This document shows positions 26,301 through 38,309 of a stretch of DNA of 64,000 nucleotides, piece after piece; position 1 is the stretch's first letter; every line of letters starts with the position of its first letter. The stretch is from Octopus vulgaris (lineage: Eukaryota): assembly GCA_951406725.2 (NCBI GenBank), contig OX597818.1, positions 33,542,001 to 33,606,000 of the forward strand, written 5' to 3'. Both the position numbers and the translations under genes were made by a program. Under the pieces are notes generated by a model. That model saw nothing but the letters and a program-made list of their open reading frames with translations, searched no databases and was not told the DNA's origin.

Positions 26301-26807
26301 TTTACCTTTCATCATTTCGGAGTCGAGCATTGGGATCGATGTAATCGCCCAGCTCCCTCCCCCGAAATTGCTGGCCTGGTGCCCTAATTTGAAACCTATA
26401 TTACCAACAACAAGTGTGAAATAAATATATTTACCTGTCATCATTTCGGAGTCGAGCGTTGGGATCGATGTAATTGCCTAGCTCCCACTCCCGAAATTGC
26501 TGGCCTGGTGCCCTAATTTGAAACCTATATTACCAACAACAAGTTTGAAATAAATATATTTACCTGTCATCATTTCGGAGTCGAGCGTTGGGATCGATGT
26601 AATTGCCTAGCTCCCTCCACCGAAATTGCTGGCCTGGTGCCCTAATTTGAAACCGATATTACCAACAACAGGTGTGAAATAAATATATTTACCTTTCATC
26701 ATTTCGGAGTCGAGCATTGGGATCGATGTTATCGCCTAGCTCCCTCCACCGAAATTGCTGGCCTGGTGCCCTAATTTGAAACCGATATTACCAACAACAA
26801 GTGTGAA
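26301..26807 (+). repeat. 129-bp tandem array, about 3.9 copies, derived from SINE-B 3' half plus flank
   Basis: Units start TTTACC at 26301, 26430, 26559 and 26688 and are near-identical. Confidence 0.95.
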
Positions 26808-27403
26808 TCATTGCGGGATTCTCTATTTGTACGCTTTCTTTTTAGAATGGAAGCTTATAATGGATCATGCAATGTGCAAAAAAAAAACTGTGCCTGAATT
26901 AATTAAAGCACCAACAACTATATCAGTTACAAGGGCAACAAACATTTCGCCTAATAAACACGATAGGCATACATACACACAAATGCACACGCATATCTAA
27001 AACATTTTAGATCATTCTACTTATATTTAAAATCAATATCCAGCTGTAGTAATTAAACCAGCAACAATAATATATAAAAATAATAAATAGAGATTAATTA
27101 TATTTAGTAAGGTAGCAGATATGAAAATATGAAACAAAATTGTTATTTCGAAAATTAACGAAGCCAATACATTAATATCACACAGTTAAACTACATAACT
27201 GGATTGTATGATCATTCACAGAATGTGAAAGACAATGTTTAATGCATCCTTAACCTGCTTTCTTGTAGAAGTCATTATTTTTAACAGCTGCAGCTCAATG
27301 GGGTGGGAGGATGGGGCTGAGGGGAATGCCGTACTGCTGCTAAGAACAATGATACACACACAGAAGCATACGCACGCACACACACACACATACATACATA
27401 CAT

Positions 27404-27635
27404 ATTTCTTTGCTACCCACAAGAGGCTAAACACAGAGGGGACAAACAAGGACAGACAAACGGATTAAGTCGATTATATCGACCCCAGTGCGTAACTGGT
27501 ACTTATTTAATCGACCCCGAGAGGATGAAAGGCAAAGTCGACCTCGGCGGAATTTGAACTCAGAACGTAGCGGCAGACGAAATACCGCCAAGCATTTCGC
27601 CTGGAGTGCTAATGATTCTGCCAGCTCGCCGCCTT
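27404..27635 (-). mobile_element. SINE family B, monomer
   Basis: Close match to the reverse complement of 12404-12632. Confidence 0.9.
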
Positions 27636-28189
27636 ACACACACATATATACATACATATAGATTCACACAAACATGGGCGCAAACTCAAGCGCACATAAG
27701 GATACACATCATAGAAAAGCAGAATGGAGGGGGCGGAGCAAGAGCACACAGGAAAACGATGTGTCGTTGAAGATGTCACAAATGTATGACGAAAGATTTT
27801 CAGGACAATAGACATGAGTTAAAGTAAGTACAGTAATAAACGAATGAGGAACAAATATATAGTGCGTGTGTTTATTTGGCAAAAACAAGAAAAAATGACC
27901 GTCCCGAAATACAACAACAAATGTTATTTTTTTTATAACTATTACGAGGAGTACGACTGTGATTTGAATGATTAAAATAGCCCCCCTGGGTCATAAATGA
28001 CCGTTCGATTCCACCTAGAAAGTTATCCTATAAGGCAACTTTCTTTGTTGAATGAGATTCTGCAAGAAGTTCTTTGAAGATGGCAAACACTTGTTCTTGA
28101 ATGAGCTCTCATAGCCCTCACTGTAAAATTAACGCAGGATCTAACACCGAGCAAAGTTTGTTTATGGAAAGCCAGCAGTTATCTATGCA

Positions 28190-28312
28190 TAGCGGCCACC
28201 CTCTCCACGCCGTTGATGTTTATCCAAGTGAAACGCAAAGGAATACAGTTTGGCACCAATGACGTCGCAACTCATTTCTACAGCTGAGTGGACTCGAGCA
28301 ACGTGAAATACC
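28190..28312 (-). mobile_element. Fragment of a fourth SINE family (CORE-like)
   Basis: CTCATTTCTACAGCTGAGTGGACTCGAGCAACGTGAAATA resembles a reverse-complement CORE domain. Only one copy in the window. Confidence 0.45.
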
Positions 28313-28345
28313 GTCTTTCAGTGATCATAATGATATTAAAATATC

Positions 28346-28475
28346 ACTTTCAAATTTTGACAAAAGGCCAGAAATTTCGGGAGTGGGAGTAAGTCGATTA
28401 CTTCGATCCTAGTATTCAACTCGTATTGACGCCCGAAAGGATGAAAGTGCAAAGTGACCGCAGCGGTATTTGAAT
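28346..28475 (-). mobile_element. SINE family B fragment
   Basis: CCCGAAAGGATGAAAG core, diverged. Confidence 0.7.
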
Positions 28476-28674
28476 GATGTTAAGATATTAAACAACATTT
28501 CTACCGATTTTCGTTGTGGGAAGAGTAACAGGTTTCTTTTCTCGGATCTGTTGTGGGTTCAACTTAAACTGTTGTTAATGTTATTGTTATTGTAGATATA
28601 ATTTGGCATTCATAATTCACAGCGTTATGAAGTATTTCTGCAGTCTATGATGTATTTGAAACTCTTAAAGGCAT

Positions 28675-28800
28675 TAATGTTGATGTTGTTGTTGTTGTTG
28701 ATGATGATGATGATGATGAGGGTCGTGATCGTGGTCGTCGTGGTGGTGGTCGTGATCGTGGTCGTTGTCGTGGTGGTCTTGGTGGTCGTGGTGATGATGC
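28675..28800. repeat. Trinucleotide low-complexity tract (GTT/GAT/GTG/GTC)
   Basis: Seen directly. Confidence 0.9.
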
Positions 28801-30309
28801 AGCTGTTGTATTTGGACAGTGGCTCTCGTCTTGCTTTTATGTTGGGGCTACTAATGCATCTGCAGGTTTGAAATTTCTTTTGTTAAATGAGATATTCTGC
28901 AAGACGTTCTTCGAAGATGGTAAACACTAGTTCTTGAATGAGTTAACATAGCCCTCATTGTAAAAATAACGCAGGACCTAAAACACAAGATCGGCAAAAA
29001 ACAAAAACAAAAACACTCCTTACTATGTCAGTCGCTTGAGGTTCCTTGTTCGTGTCCTCATTTCAATACTGATGTATGCTGAAGATGTTACTGACCAACC
29101 CGTGTTAATTATCAACAAGCTTTTGACATCATAAATTTAGTCTAGCAGAAATTCAGCATGGAATTTTCAGAAAACAAGCGTAGAAAATATGACATCGCTC
29201 AGGCTGGCTTATTTTCTCCGAGCTCCGTACAGTACTGTAACTTAATGTTTGAAAGACATTAATTCCTCTTGAAATCTAATCGACAGATACTGATTCTCGT
29301 ATTTACTGCAACAAGCATATATGTTTTCACCCTCATTTTTTATTTATTATATTTTATTTTTATTTCATTCATTGCGCATGGTCGAGCGAAATCCGATGAT
29401 TGCATCCTAAAGGCATAGCGACAGTGATTAGAGACTTTACACTGCATCAGTATCAGATTTTATCTCGGTAAAGAAAATCAATATAATTCTAGTTCAGTGT
29501 AAATACTGTTGAAAATCATCAATTAACGACAAAAATAAACATAAAAAAATACAGCTCTTATAGTGTTTACTTTTTTTTTTATTCAGCTTTGGGGGGAAAT
29601 AATACAAGGAATGCAAAAATATTCCTTACACAGTTAATGCGAATGCGTAAAAGCTTGTATTTCAATGAAAGTTAAGAAGCCTCTTTGTTTCTTTCGTTTT
29701 GCTCAAAGACTTCGTTTTACTTCTGATACTATGGTTTTCGCAGGTAAACAATATTCTTGTTATTAGTTTGTTTTCTCGGATATGTTGAAAATAACGAGGG
29801 AACGAGGGTGATTTCAGAATTTCTATGAACATTAAACAAAGTATCTGGATGTGAGGGGAAATGTGTGGAGTGAAGTGTTTGATTTTATTAAATGAAAAAT
29901 TATTCATAATAATATATCTAGCTATCAATAATATATTGTATGTGAATATGATTGTACTGGGTCTACATTTTTTCATGCCACAGGCAAGCACATACGCACG
30001 CATGTACACATATTCGAGTAAATAATTCGTGTATATATGTATGTGATTATAAATATGTTTATGCATGTGAGTGTGGGTGTATATATATATATATATATAT
30101 CCGTCTCTGTTGCGTTTACATTCGTTTCTTTTACCAAGAGATCTAATGCTCACAGCTTAGTTTTTCCTTGGGGCTGGCCGTGTTGGAGCAAATATCAGAA
30201 TTAATCAGCCGAAATTTGATATGATCCGGTTTCTGACTGAAGATTAAAGGCTTCGAATGACCTGTCTGTTTTCCCTGTTCGTCTCTTTATATATAAACTT
30301 TTATTCCTA

Positions 30310-30386
<77 letters not shown>

Positions 30387-30471
30387 AGTAAATATAAGGA
30401 TAAGCAAGTTAGACAAGTCGATATGCAAAAAAAAAACATTAAATACATTTAATATTTAATATTTTTTGTAT

Positions 30472-30632
30472 AAGGCTGCGAACTGGCAGAAACGTTACCA
30501 CTCCGGGCGAAATGCTTAACAGTATTTCGTCTGTCTTTACGTTTTGAGTTCAAATTCCGCCGAGGTCGACTTTGCCTTTCATCCCTTTTGGGGTTGATAA
30601 ATTAAGTACCAGTTGCGTACTGTGGTCGATCT
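30472..30632 (+). mobile_element. SINE family B, 3'-truncated
   Basis: Head AAGGCTGCGAACTGGCAGAAACG plus core. Confidence 0.85.
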
Positions 30633-31544
30633 ATGTATGTATGTATATATATGTATTTATTTATAATCAGTCCTTAACGGGTTATGCTGAGCTGTCCAGC
30701 CGAAGGCAAAACAAAGAGTACACAGTCGACTATTGGTGGTTGATAGAATATATATTTCAGTCAACTCTACCCAATATATTGAGCTCTCTATTCGGCAAAG
30801 AATATATTTTGATATACTTGCAAACTCTAAACAGTATATGTGAAATGCATGTGCGTGTGTGTATGTGAGTCCTTGTGCGAGTGTGTAGAACTATGTATTT
30901 TCATGCAAGTAACGGATATATTCAGAAACTTCAGGGATTATGTCTTAGATGATGGGTGTGCACTATCTTCAATGCTTGAATATATTATATATAAAGATTC
31001 AGATTATGCACTTTTGTGTATCTATCTCTTTACTAAATTATTGAACTAAACAGATATTTTTGTGCCCGAAAATACACACGCACTACACAAGATATCTCAC
31101 AGCAAGCGATATCTCACAGTCACATAGATGTACACAGACATCCATACATACACACACACACGTACAAAGAGAGATAGCGAGAGAGAGGGGGAACAGAAAA
31201 CGTATCTGGTTTTTGTACTTGATAAAATGTTAACGTGTTTCATTTTGAGGTTTTCCATTATGTGACACAATACAGTCGTCACACTTCGTGAGGATTAGTG
31301 GCAAAAATACAAAACGAGCCTTTGGCGGACTTGCTTTCTCCACTGCAACGTAGTCTTCATTCACACTTTTTCATGCTCTCAATTCCTTCTCCCCATATTC
31401 AAGTTTTCTATATCAACTCAATTGTACTTATTTGTATACTTATGCGTAGAAGGATCGATATCATTGTGTTCTACATTTTTTATCATAATGCCGACGAAGG
31501 TTGCGTTCCGTTGCCTATTGAGCTATTAGGCTCGAGTATTCAAT

Positions 31545-31789
31545 ACTCTTTTACTCCTTTTTACTTGTTTCAATCATTTGAGTGTGGCTATGCTGGAGCA
31601 CTGCCTTTAGTCGAGCAAATCGACCCCAGGACTTATTCTTTGGAAGCCTTGTACTTATTCTATCGGTCTCTTTTGCCGAACCGCTAAGTAACGGGGACGT
31701 AAACACACCAGCATCGGTTGTCAATCGATGCTGGGGGGATAAACAAGGACACACAAACATGTACACACATATACACACACAAACACACA

Positions 31790-31823
<34 letters not shown>

Positions 31824-31832
31824 ACACACACA

Positions 31833-31883
<51 letters not shown>

Positions 31884-32045
31884 CGAGGGGCTTCTTTCAG
31901 TTTCCGTCTACCAAATCCGCTCACAAGGTTTGGTCGGCCCGAGGATATAGTAGAAGACACCTGCCCAAGGTACCACGCAATGGGAATGAGCCCGGAACCA
32001 TGTGGTTCGCAAGCAAGCTACTTACCACACAGCCACTCCTGCGCC
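31545..32045 (-). mobile_element. SINE family A, full length, expanded internal (CA)n(TA)n
   Basis: Collinear with 255-679. Confidence 0.9.
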
Positions 32046-32129
32046 CAATGGAAAAATGTTCTATGATACTTTCTTTTGCTAGTCGCAGACTCTGCAGTGG
32101 AGTTATAAAGGTTCCAATTCTTCATGGTA

Positions 32130-32315
32130 GTTTCAAATTTTGGCACCAGGTCAAAAATTCCTGGGGTGGGCTAAGTCGATTACGTTCACCTCAGTGCTCA
32201 AGTAGATGAAATCCAAAATGGACCCTGGGAGAATTTAAATTCAGAACACGGAGACAGACGAAATGCCGCAAAACATTTTGCACGGCATGCTAACGATTCA
32301 GTTAGCTCACCACCT
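32130..32315 (-). mobile_element. SINE family B, diverged
   Basis: TTTCAAATTTTGGCAC ... CAGACGAAATGCCGC ... GCTAACGATTC. Confidence 0.7.
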
Positions 32316-32373
32316 TGACCAGTCAGTCATATGGAAACTCCATTTACACAGACATACGAGGGATATCTATATT

Positions 32374-32415
<42 letters not shown>

Positions 32416-32674
32416 GCTCTCTCTCCCTTTATATATATATACGCACATACAGAGAGAGACAGACAGACATACAGACAGACAGAGAAGTATAAAAGATGCT
32501 CACGCATATGTAAACTAGTTTTTTTATGAGTTTTTTTTATGAGTCGTGCACGTGAACCGGTCACATGAGCGATTAAAGCATGCACTTGTGCACGAAAAAT
32601 CAACTGCAGGCAATAGGATGTACACATTCAATATATTAGATCTACGCTCAGTAAAAGCTTTGAGTGGAAATATT

Positions 32675-32710
32675 GAAGTTACGTTTCGAGCACGGTTCTT
32701 CGTCAGAAAA
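32675..32710 (-). ncRNA. Minimal hammerhead-like motif
   Basis: Minus strand: CTGACGA-a-GAAC(cgt)GCTC-GAAA-CG-TA. Core intact; stem I poor. Confidence 0.55.
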
Positions 32711-32841
32711 AGAGAAAAATCAGAGAGGAGGAAATAGTTGAAGGAATAGTGCACGCGAAAAACAAATGTATTGTTATCTGGTCCAAAAATAACACACACA
32801 CGCACACATGAACACAAACAGGCACACACACATATAATACA

Positions 32842-32890
<49 letters not shown>

Positions 32891-33500
32891 CTGTGTGTTT
32901 GTGCATATTTATGTGTATGTGAATACATAAATATACACAGAGAGACACAGACACACACACACATATAAGTACATATATGTGTGTGTGTGTTTGTGTGTAT
33001 ATTTATGTACACATTTATATGCGTACGTGTATCTGTAACGATATGTATATGTACGTTTATGTAACTCCTGTAAATGCTTAAATGTTTTGTGTGTGTATTT
33101 ATACGTGACGGGAGATTGGAGGTCGTTGAATGCACTTTTGTGAACATAGGAGCTGCTTTTCATAAGTTACAAAAATATAATATATCCAAATCTATAACCC
33201 TAGTGTATAATATTAGAATTTTCCTAAACAATTATTGAATTAATTAATTTTGAAGTGAATGCTTAACGCAGTAATGTTTGCTTGTTTCTTTCTTTCTTTT
33301 TGTCTTTATTTATTGTGCACTTAGCTGGATCACACAGTTCACATACACGGGCATTGTCACATGTGCACATAATATTATCTATAGAAAAAACCATCTATAG
33401 TAAAAATACTAAACTACAAAGACACATATCCAAGCATAGAAGCAAATACACACACATACATACATACATTCATATATATATATATATATATATAATATTT

Positions 33501-33571
<71 letters not shown>

Positions 33572-34486
33572 ATATATCTGTTTAGTTCAATACTTTAATA
33601 AAGAGATAGATATACATATAACATATATATATATATAAACATATATATAAACATATATATCATTCTTTATAAATAGTTAATAAAGTTCAGCAACTAAAAA
33701 TATATAACTAGCACCAAAGAGAAAAAATTAAATTATGAGAAATTACAAATATTCTATTTATTGAAATAGATTAACAATTAAAAAAAGTTGCTTACAAAAT
33801 TTATTGATTCTCTAATTTAATTAAAAGATTTAATTGAATTTGGATATATATTTTTTTAAATATATGAACAGATTCTTGTAAAATATATATATTAAGTCTT
33901 CCTACGCTCTGTTATAATTCAATGGAATTTTAGCCCTTTTACAATATATAGATAATTTCAAATGGATTTCCAATACTATATCTTTAAGAAGTAAATTCTT
34001 TTTTTAATCCTCTTATTAAATTTATATTTCGAAACTGGATGGACCTCAACCGACTGATATTGTAAGGAGTGCTTTTTTCTTATCTGGAGTTTTAAGTCCT
34101 GCGTTAATTTTACAATGAGGGCTATGTTAACTCGTTCAAGAGCTAGTGTTTGCTATCTTCGAAGAACTTCTTGCAGAATCTCATTCAACAAAGGAAATTT
34201 TAAACATCAGAATTTTAGAATTTCATATATGTAAAATGCGTCTGTGTATATGAGAATATTCCAGTGATCTATGCGACTATAAACCTTTTCATACACTGAC
34301 ATACATACACACTCACACACACATTAAACCGTTTCTCCGAAATTTTCATATATAGAGAGAGGGAGAGAGGGAGAGTGCGAGAGCGAGAGAGATATGGATG
34401 GACAAGATACATATAGACACCTACGTATATTCATACATATATACATGCACAGACACGTGTACACACACACACATCACATACGCACA

Positions 34487-34567
<81 letters not shown>

Positions 34568-34594
34568 CTGTATGTATATATATGGAATGATTTA

Positions 34595-34726
34595 GCCTAA
34601 ACAATCAACCATTGGAGAATCCGTGCATCGATGAGAAAGGCGCGATCCAGAGAGGAGTGGACAGCGTGCTGTGACCAGCGGTGTTAAATGGACGCCTGAC
34701 GGACTGGTCGGTCAAAGTGATCAAAG

Positions 34727-34730
<4 letters not shown>
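34595..34730 (+). mobile_element. Probable RTE-clade LINE extreme 3' end
   Basis: Peptide RKARSREEW...stop followed by a (CAAAGTGAT)x2 tail. Confidence 0.45.
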
Positions 34731-34758
<28 letters not shown>

Positions 34759-35139
34759 GAATTCAATAACAAAATTATTCTCTTTATTTATCCGAGTGTT
34801 GTCATGTTTTAGGATGCATTTTGCATAGCTTTAGCGACGTCGTGTTGGGGATGATAATTTTGGGCAGCTGCTGATAACAGCGAGACTCACTATCCAAATT
34901 CCGATAACACGGTGATACAGTTTCAAAGTAATATGATAGAAAAGGAGATTTCCTTGGATGTCACAGAAAAAAATTCTTTCTAAACAATCACTTCAATTTT
35001 TTTTAAAAGAGACGATCATCCAGTGGTTCGAGACATAAAGCACATAATTCGGCGTATTAAATCTCTAGAAGCTCTCGGGAACATTATTTTTCTGTCAACT
35101 TAAGAGATTATATTACGCTTCTAATCAATAATCTAATCG

Positions 35140-35310
35140 ATAAATTGATTACATCAAACCCACTGTTCAAATGGTACTTAATTTCTCGACCCGAAAGAAT
35201 GAAAGGCAAAGTCGCTCTCGACGGAATTTGAATTCAGATCATGAAGAAGGATGAAAAAGCGCTAATGCATTTTGCCCGGTGTGCTAACGAGTTTGTTGGT
35301 CCACTGTCTT
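35140..35310 (-). mobile_element. SINE family B, diverged
   Basis: CCCGAAAGAATGAAAGGCAAAGTCG core. Confidence 0.8.
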
Positions 35311-37082
35311 CATAATCGAACAGATATAAACAATGAATACGCAGATATAAGCATCAAGTGAAATATCTCAGAGATATTGGATGCTAGTCCTGTTTATGGC
35401 TCGCAACGAGGATCTCTTATTACTCGTTACACCGTGGATGTCCGCTGGCTGTTGATCCAAATAACCGGTTCAAGGATGTGTTAGTGATCAATACATTCGA
35501 AGAGGAGAAGTACTTCAATATTCAAGAGTGATTATCTTTGGTAATTACCGTTCGTATCGTTAGCCTCACTGTTACTGGTTTGCAGATATTGGAAAAGAAA
35601 CGGTCGCAACACAAACAAGAGATTAAGAAAAGTGTTATGTATGTAGTGTATTGCAATGTCTCCTCAGCTACAGTAAAGTGTAGGATGTACAGTCATTGAA
35701 GGGGAACATGGTCTTGTGATCAAGATTTTATATGTTGGGCGATTGGATGTAACACCTCTATTTTGCTTTCTACAGTCATATAAGTTAAACAAACAACTAT
35801 TCCAAATTCAGCCATCTCCTTGACAGGTTATAAAACCTGTTTGTGCTTGCGCGCGCGCGCGTGTGTGTGTGTGCGCGCATGCATCAACATGTGTGTATAT
35901 AACATTGATATGTATTCATCTAGTGCAGCAAAAGTGTTCGAAGCTTTTATTTATTGCAATTCAGATGACCGACCTCCCGACCAAAATACAGGGCGTCTTC
36001 CTAATAGCGCCACTTACATATATCTTAACTAATAATAATTACACCACATTTAGTATAGTGTTTCAGATAATTTTGCTGTCCCTTACTCCACAGTTAAAGC
36101 TCTGTCCTATAACTGTCTATATTTAAAACAGGAATTATCCACAAAAGCAAGGAGTGTTTTAAATTAAGAACTGTGGTCTAAATATAATGGTATTGGACAA
36201 TTATAAGCCCTTGTCTCGGACAAACTCGTGTCTCCAGCGTTGATCGCGCAACAGATATTAGACCACATACAAACGATGGTAGACGCACTGTAATGTAAAA
36301 CATTAATGGCCTAAAGATTATTCCAATTAATTTTATATTAAGGAGGTTATGAATTTACTTTTCTCTTTGAGTGCAAATTCTCCATAGGTACTTTTTCACA
36401 CAAGCAGCAATGTATATATATATATGGACATGTGTGTGTGTGTGTGTGTGTATACACGCATATATGCCTACATTGTAGGTAAATATATGTGTGTGTGTTG
36501 TGTATATGTGTGTATATGTGTGTATATGTATGTATCTAGCTATCTATCTTAAGTAGTGATAACCCTAAACATATGTTTTCAATAACGCGTATGTAAATTT
36601 CTTAGACATACTTTATAAATATGCTCGTCGACTTGTACCGAAGTATGAACCGTTAAGCTGGTGCATTTGTTGGCAAACGAAGATAACCGGTAGACAGCTT
36701 TAACAAGTTTGAAATGCTCTTTATTAATCCAGGAATTTCCATTTATAAATACGTATCTGATATATGACTAGATATATTTATAAGATTAGCAATCAGCTTT
36801 CACTTCATTAGTCTTAATAATACATTAATATAGAAAAAAATATATTCATTTGACATTTATCTGTGAGGCTATTAACTTAATTATCATTTTATACTAGAGA
36901 CAAGAGTATTGCTATCAAAAGCGATGGTTTAATACCGTGTCCTTTGGATTAAGCTGGATTAATTTCAAGTGGAAGAATAAACAGGTCAGACTTTCAAGAT
37001 GTTACATTAGAGAACGTTTGACATTTGCCAACTATCAAAATTTATGAAGGCGCATATGTGTTAACGTAACATAAATTCTTTA

Positions 37083-37246
37083 TGGACTCGCGGTCGTAAG
37101 AACGCAATTTCGATTTCCAGACCGGGCATTGTGAGTGTTTATTGAGCAAAAACACTTAAACTCCATAACGCTCCGGCATAGGGTAGTGGTGAACCCCGCT
37201 GTACTCTTTCACCACAACTTTCTCTCACTCTTTCTTCCTATTTCTG
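37083..37246 (+). mobile_element. SINE family C, 5' half
   Basis: Reverse complement of about 17440-17605 (GGACTCGCGGTCGTAAG...CTGTACTCTTTCACCACAACTTTCTCTCACTC). Confidence 0.85.
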
Positions 37247-37531
37247 CCACAAAGCAGAGGCACCATGGTGTAACCCACGATGGTGTGGTAAACTTTCAGA
37301 CCCTAGTCTAGATTGCGAATCCTCTGTACCACAGGATGGTTCAGCTCTCCAACCGTTAAAAGCCACCGTTTACGGTATGAGGGTAACAACGTAGCTTTCG
37401 CGCCCGTGCAACCACCAGTCTATCGCGTGTGGTGGGTGGATCTTCAAGTTGCCACACGCATTCTTAGTAGCTTAGAGTAGGCTCGAATTAGAGATTATTC
37501 TTCGTGGCTAATAGTGTGAGTCCTGACACTG

Positions 37532-37689
37532 GAAGAAGCAGAAGAAGAAGAAGAAGAAGAAGAAGAAGAAGAAGAAGAAGAAGAAGAAGAAGAAGAAGAA
37601 GAAGAAGAAGAAGAAGAAGAAGAAGAAGAAGAAGAAGAAGAAGAAGAAGAAGAAGAAGAAGAAGAAGAAGAAGAAGAAGAAGAAGAAGA
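37532..37689. repeat. Near-pure (GAA)n tract, about 50 units
   Basis: Seen directly. Confidence 0.97.
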
Positions 37690-38309
37690 TTTGGATGAGG
37701 TGGGTGAAGAGAAAAAATATAATATAATAAAATATAATAGAATATATGGGAGCATGTGTTTCGGTATTTATTATAATGTAGCATATGCTTGTAATTATTA
37801 AATATTAGCTAAATAAATATGTAAATTAGAGATTACTTTATTTTAAGTAGGAATAGCGTATTGCGTAATAATGAGAAAAACGGAATATTTATCATTATGA
37901 ATTATGATCGATTTTTGCTAAGGTATATTAAAACTATTTAGTAGTTAAACCGAATATTGATATCTAAAGATAACTAAACAAATATGAATTACAATATAAT
38001 TTAATTTACTCTGGAAAAGTAAGAAAGAAATAACATATATGCAAGAATTTTATAGGTAGGGAAATATTATCTACGTATATTACGAAAGAAATAATATTGA
38101 ATGATTCTTAGAATATAACTGTTTATATATATATGCATATGTTAGAAATTAGTATATTTATGCAAGATATTATTTATTTTATGTTGTATAAAATTTTAGA
38201 TATAAAGGCTAATATAAGAATCTAATTAATTCAAATTTAGTAAAAATATTAATGGTAAATAAAGAACCTAATAATTAATGATATTAATAATTAAAGGATG
38301 ATTTATCTT

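Noticed and set aside
26301-26807. Regularly spaced array resembling CRISPR
   Set aside because: Whole units repeat with no unique spacers, the unit is SINE-derived, the context is eukaryotic and no cas genes are present.
37330-37400. Possible twister or HDV-like ribozyme
   Set aside because: Hairpins are present, but I could not place the conserved twister UAA and pseudoknots or the HDV nested double pseudoknot.
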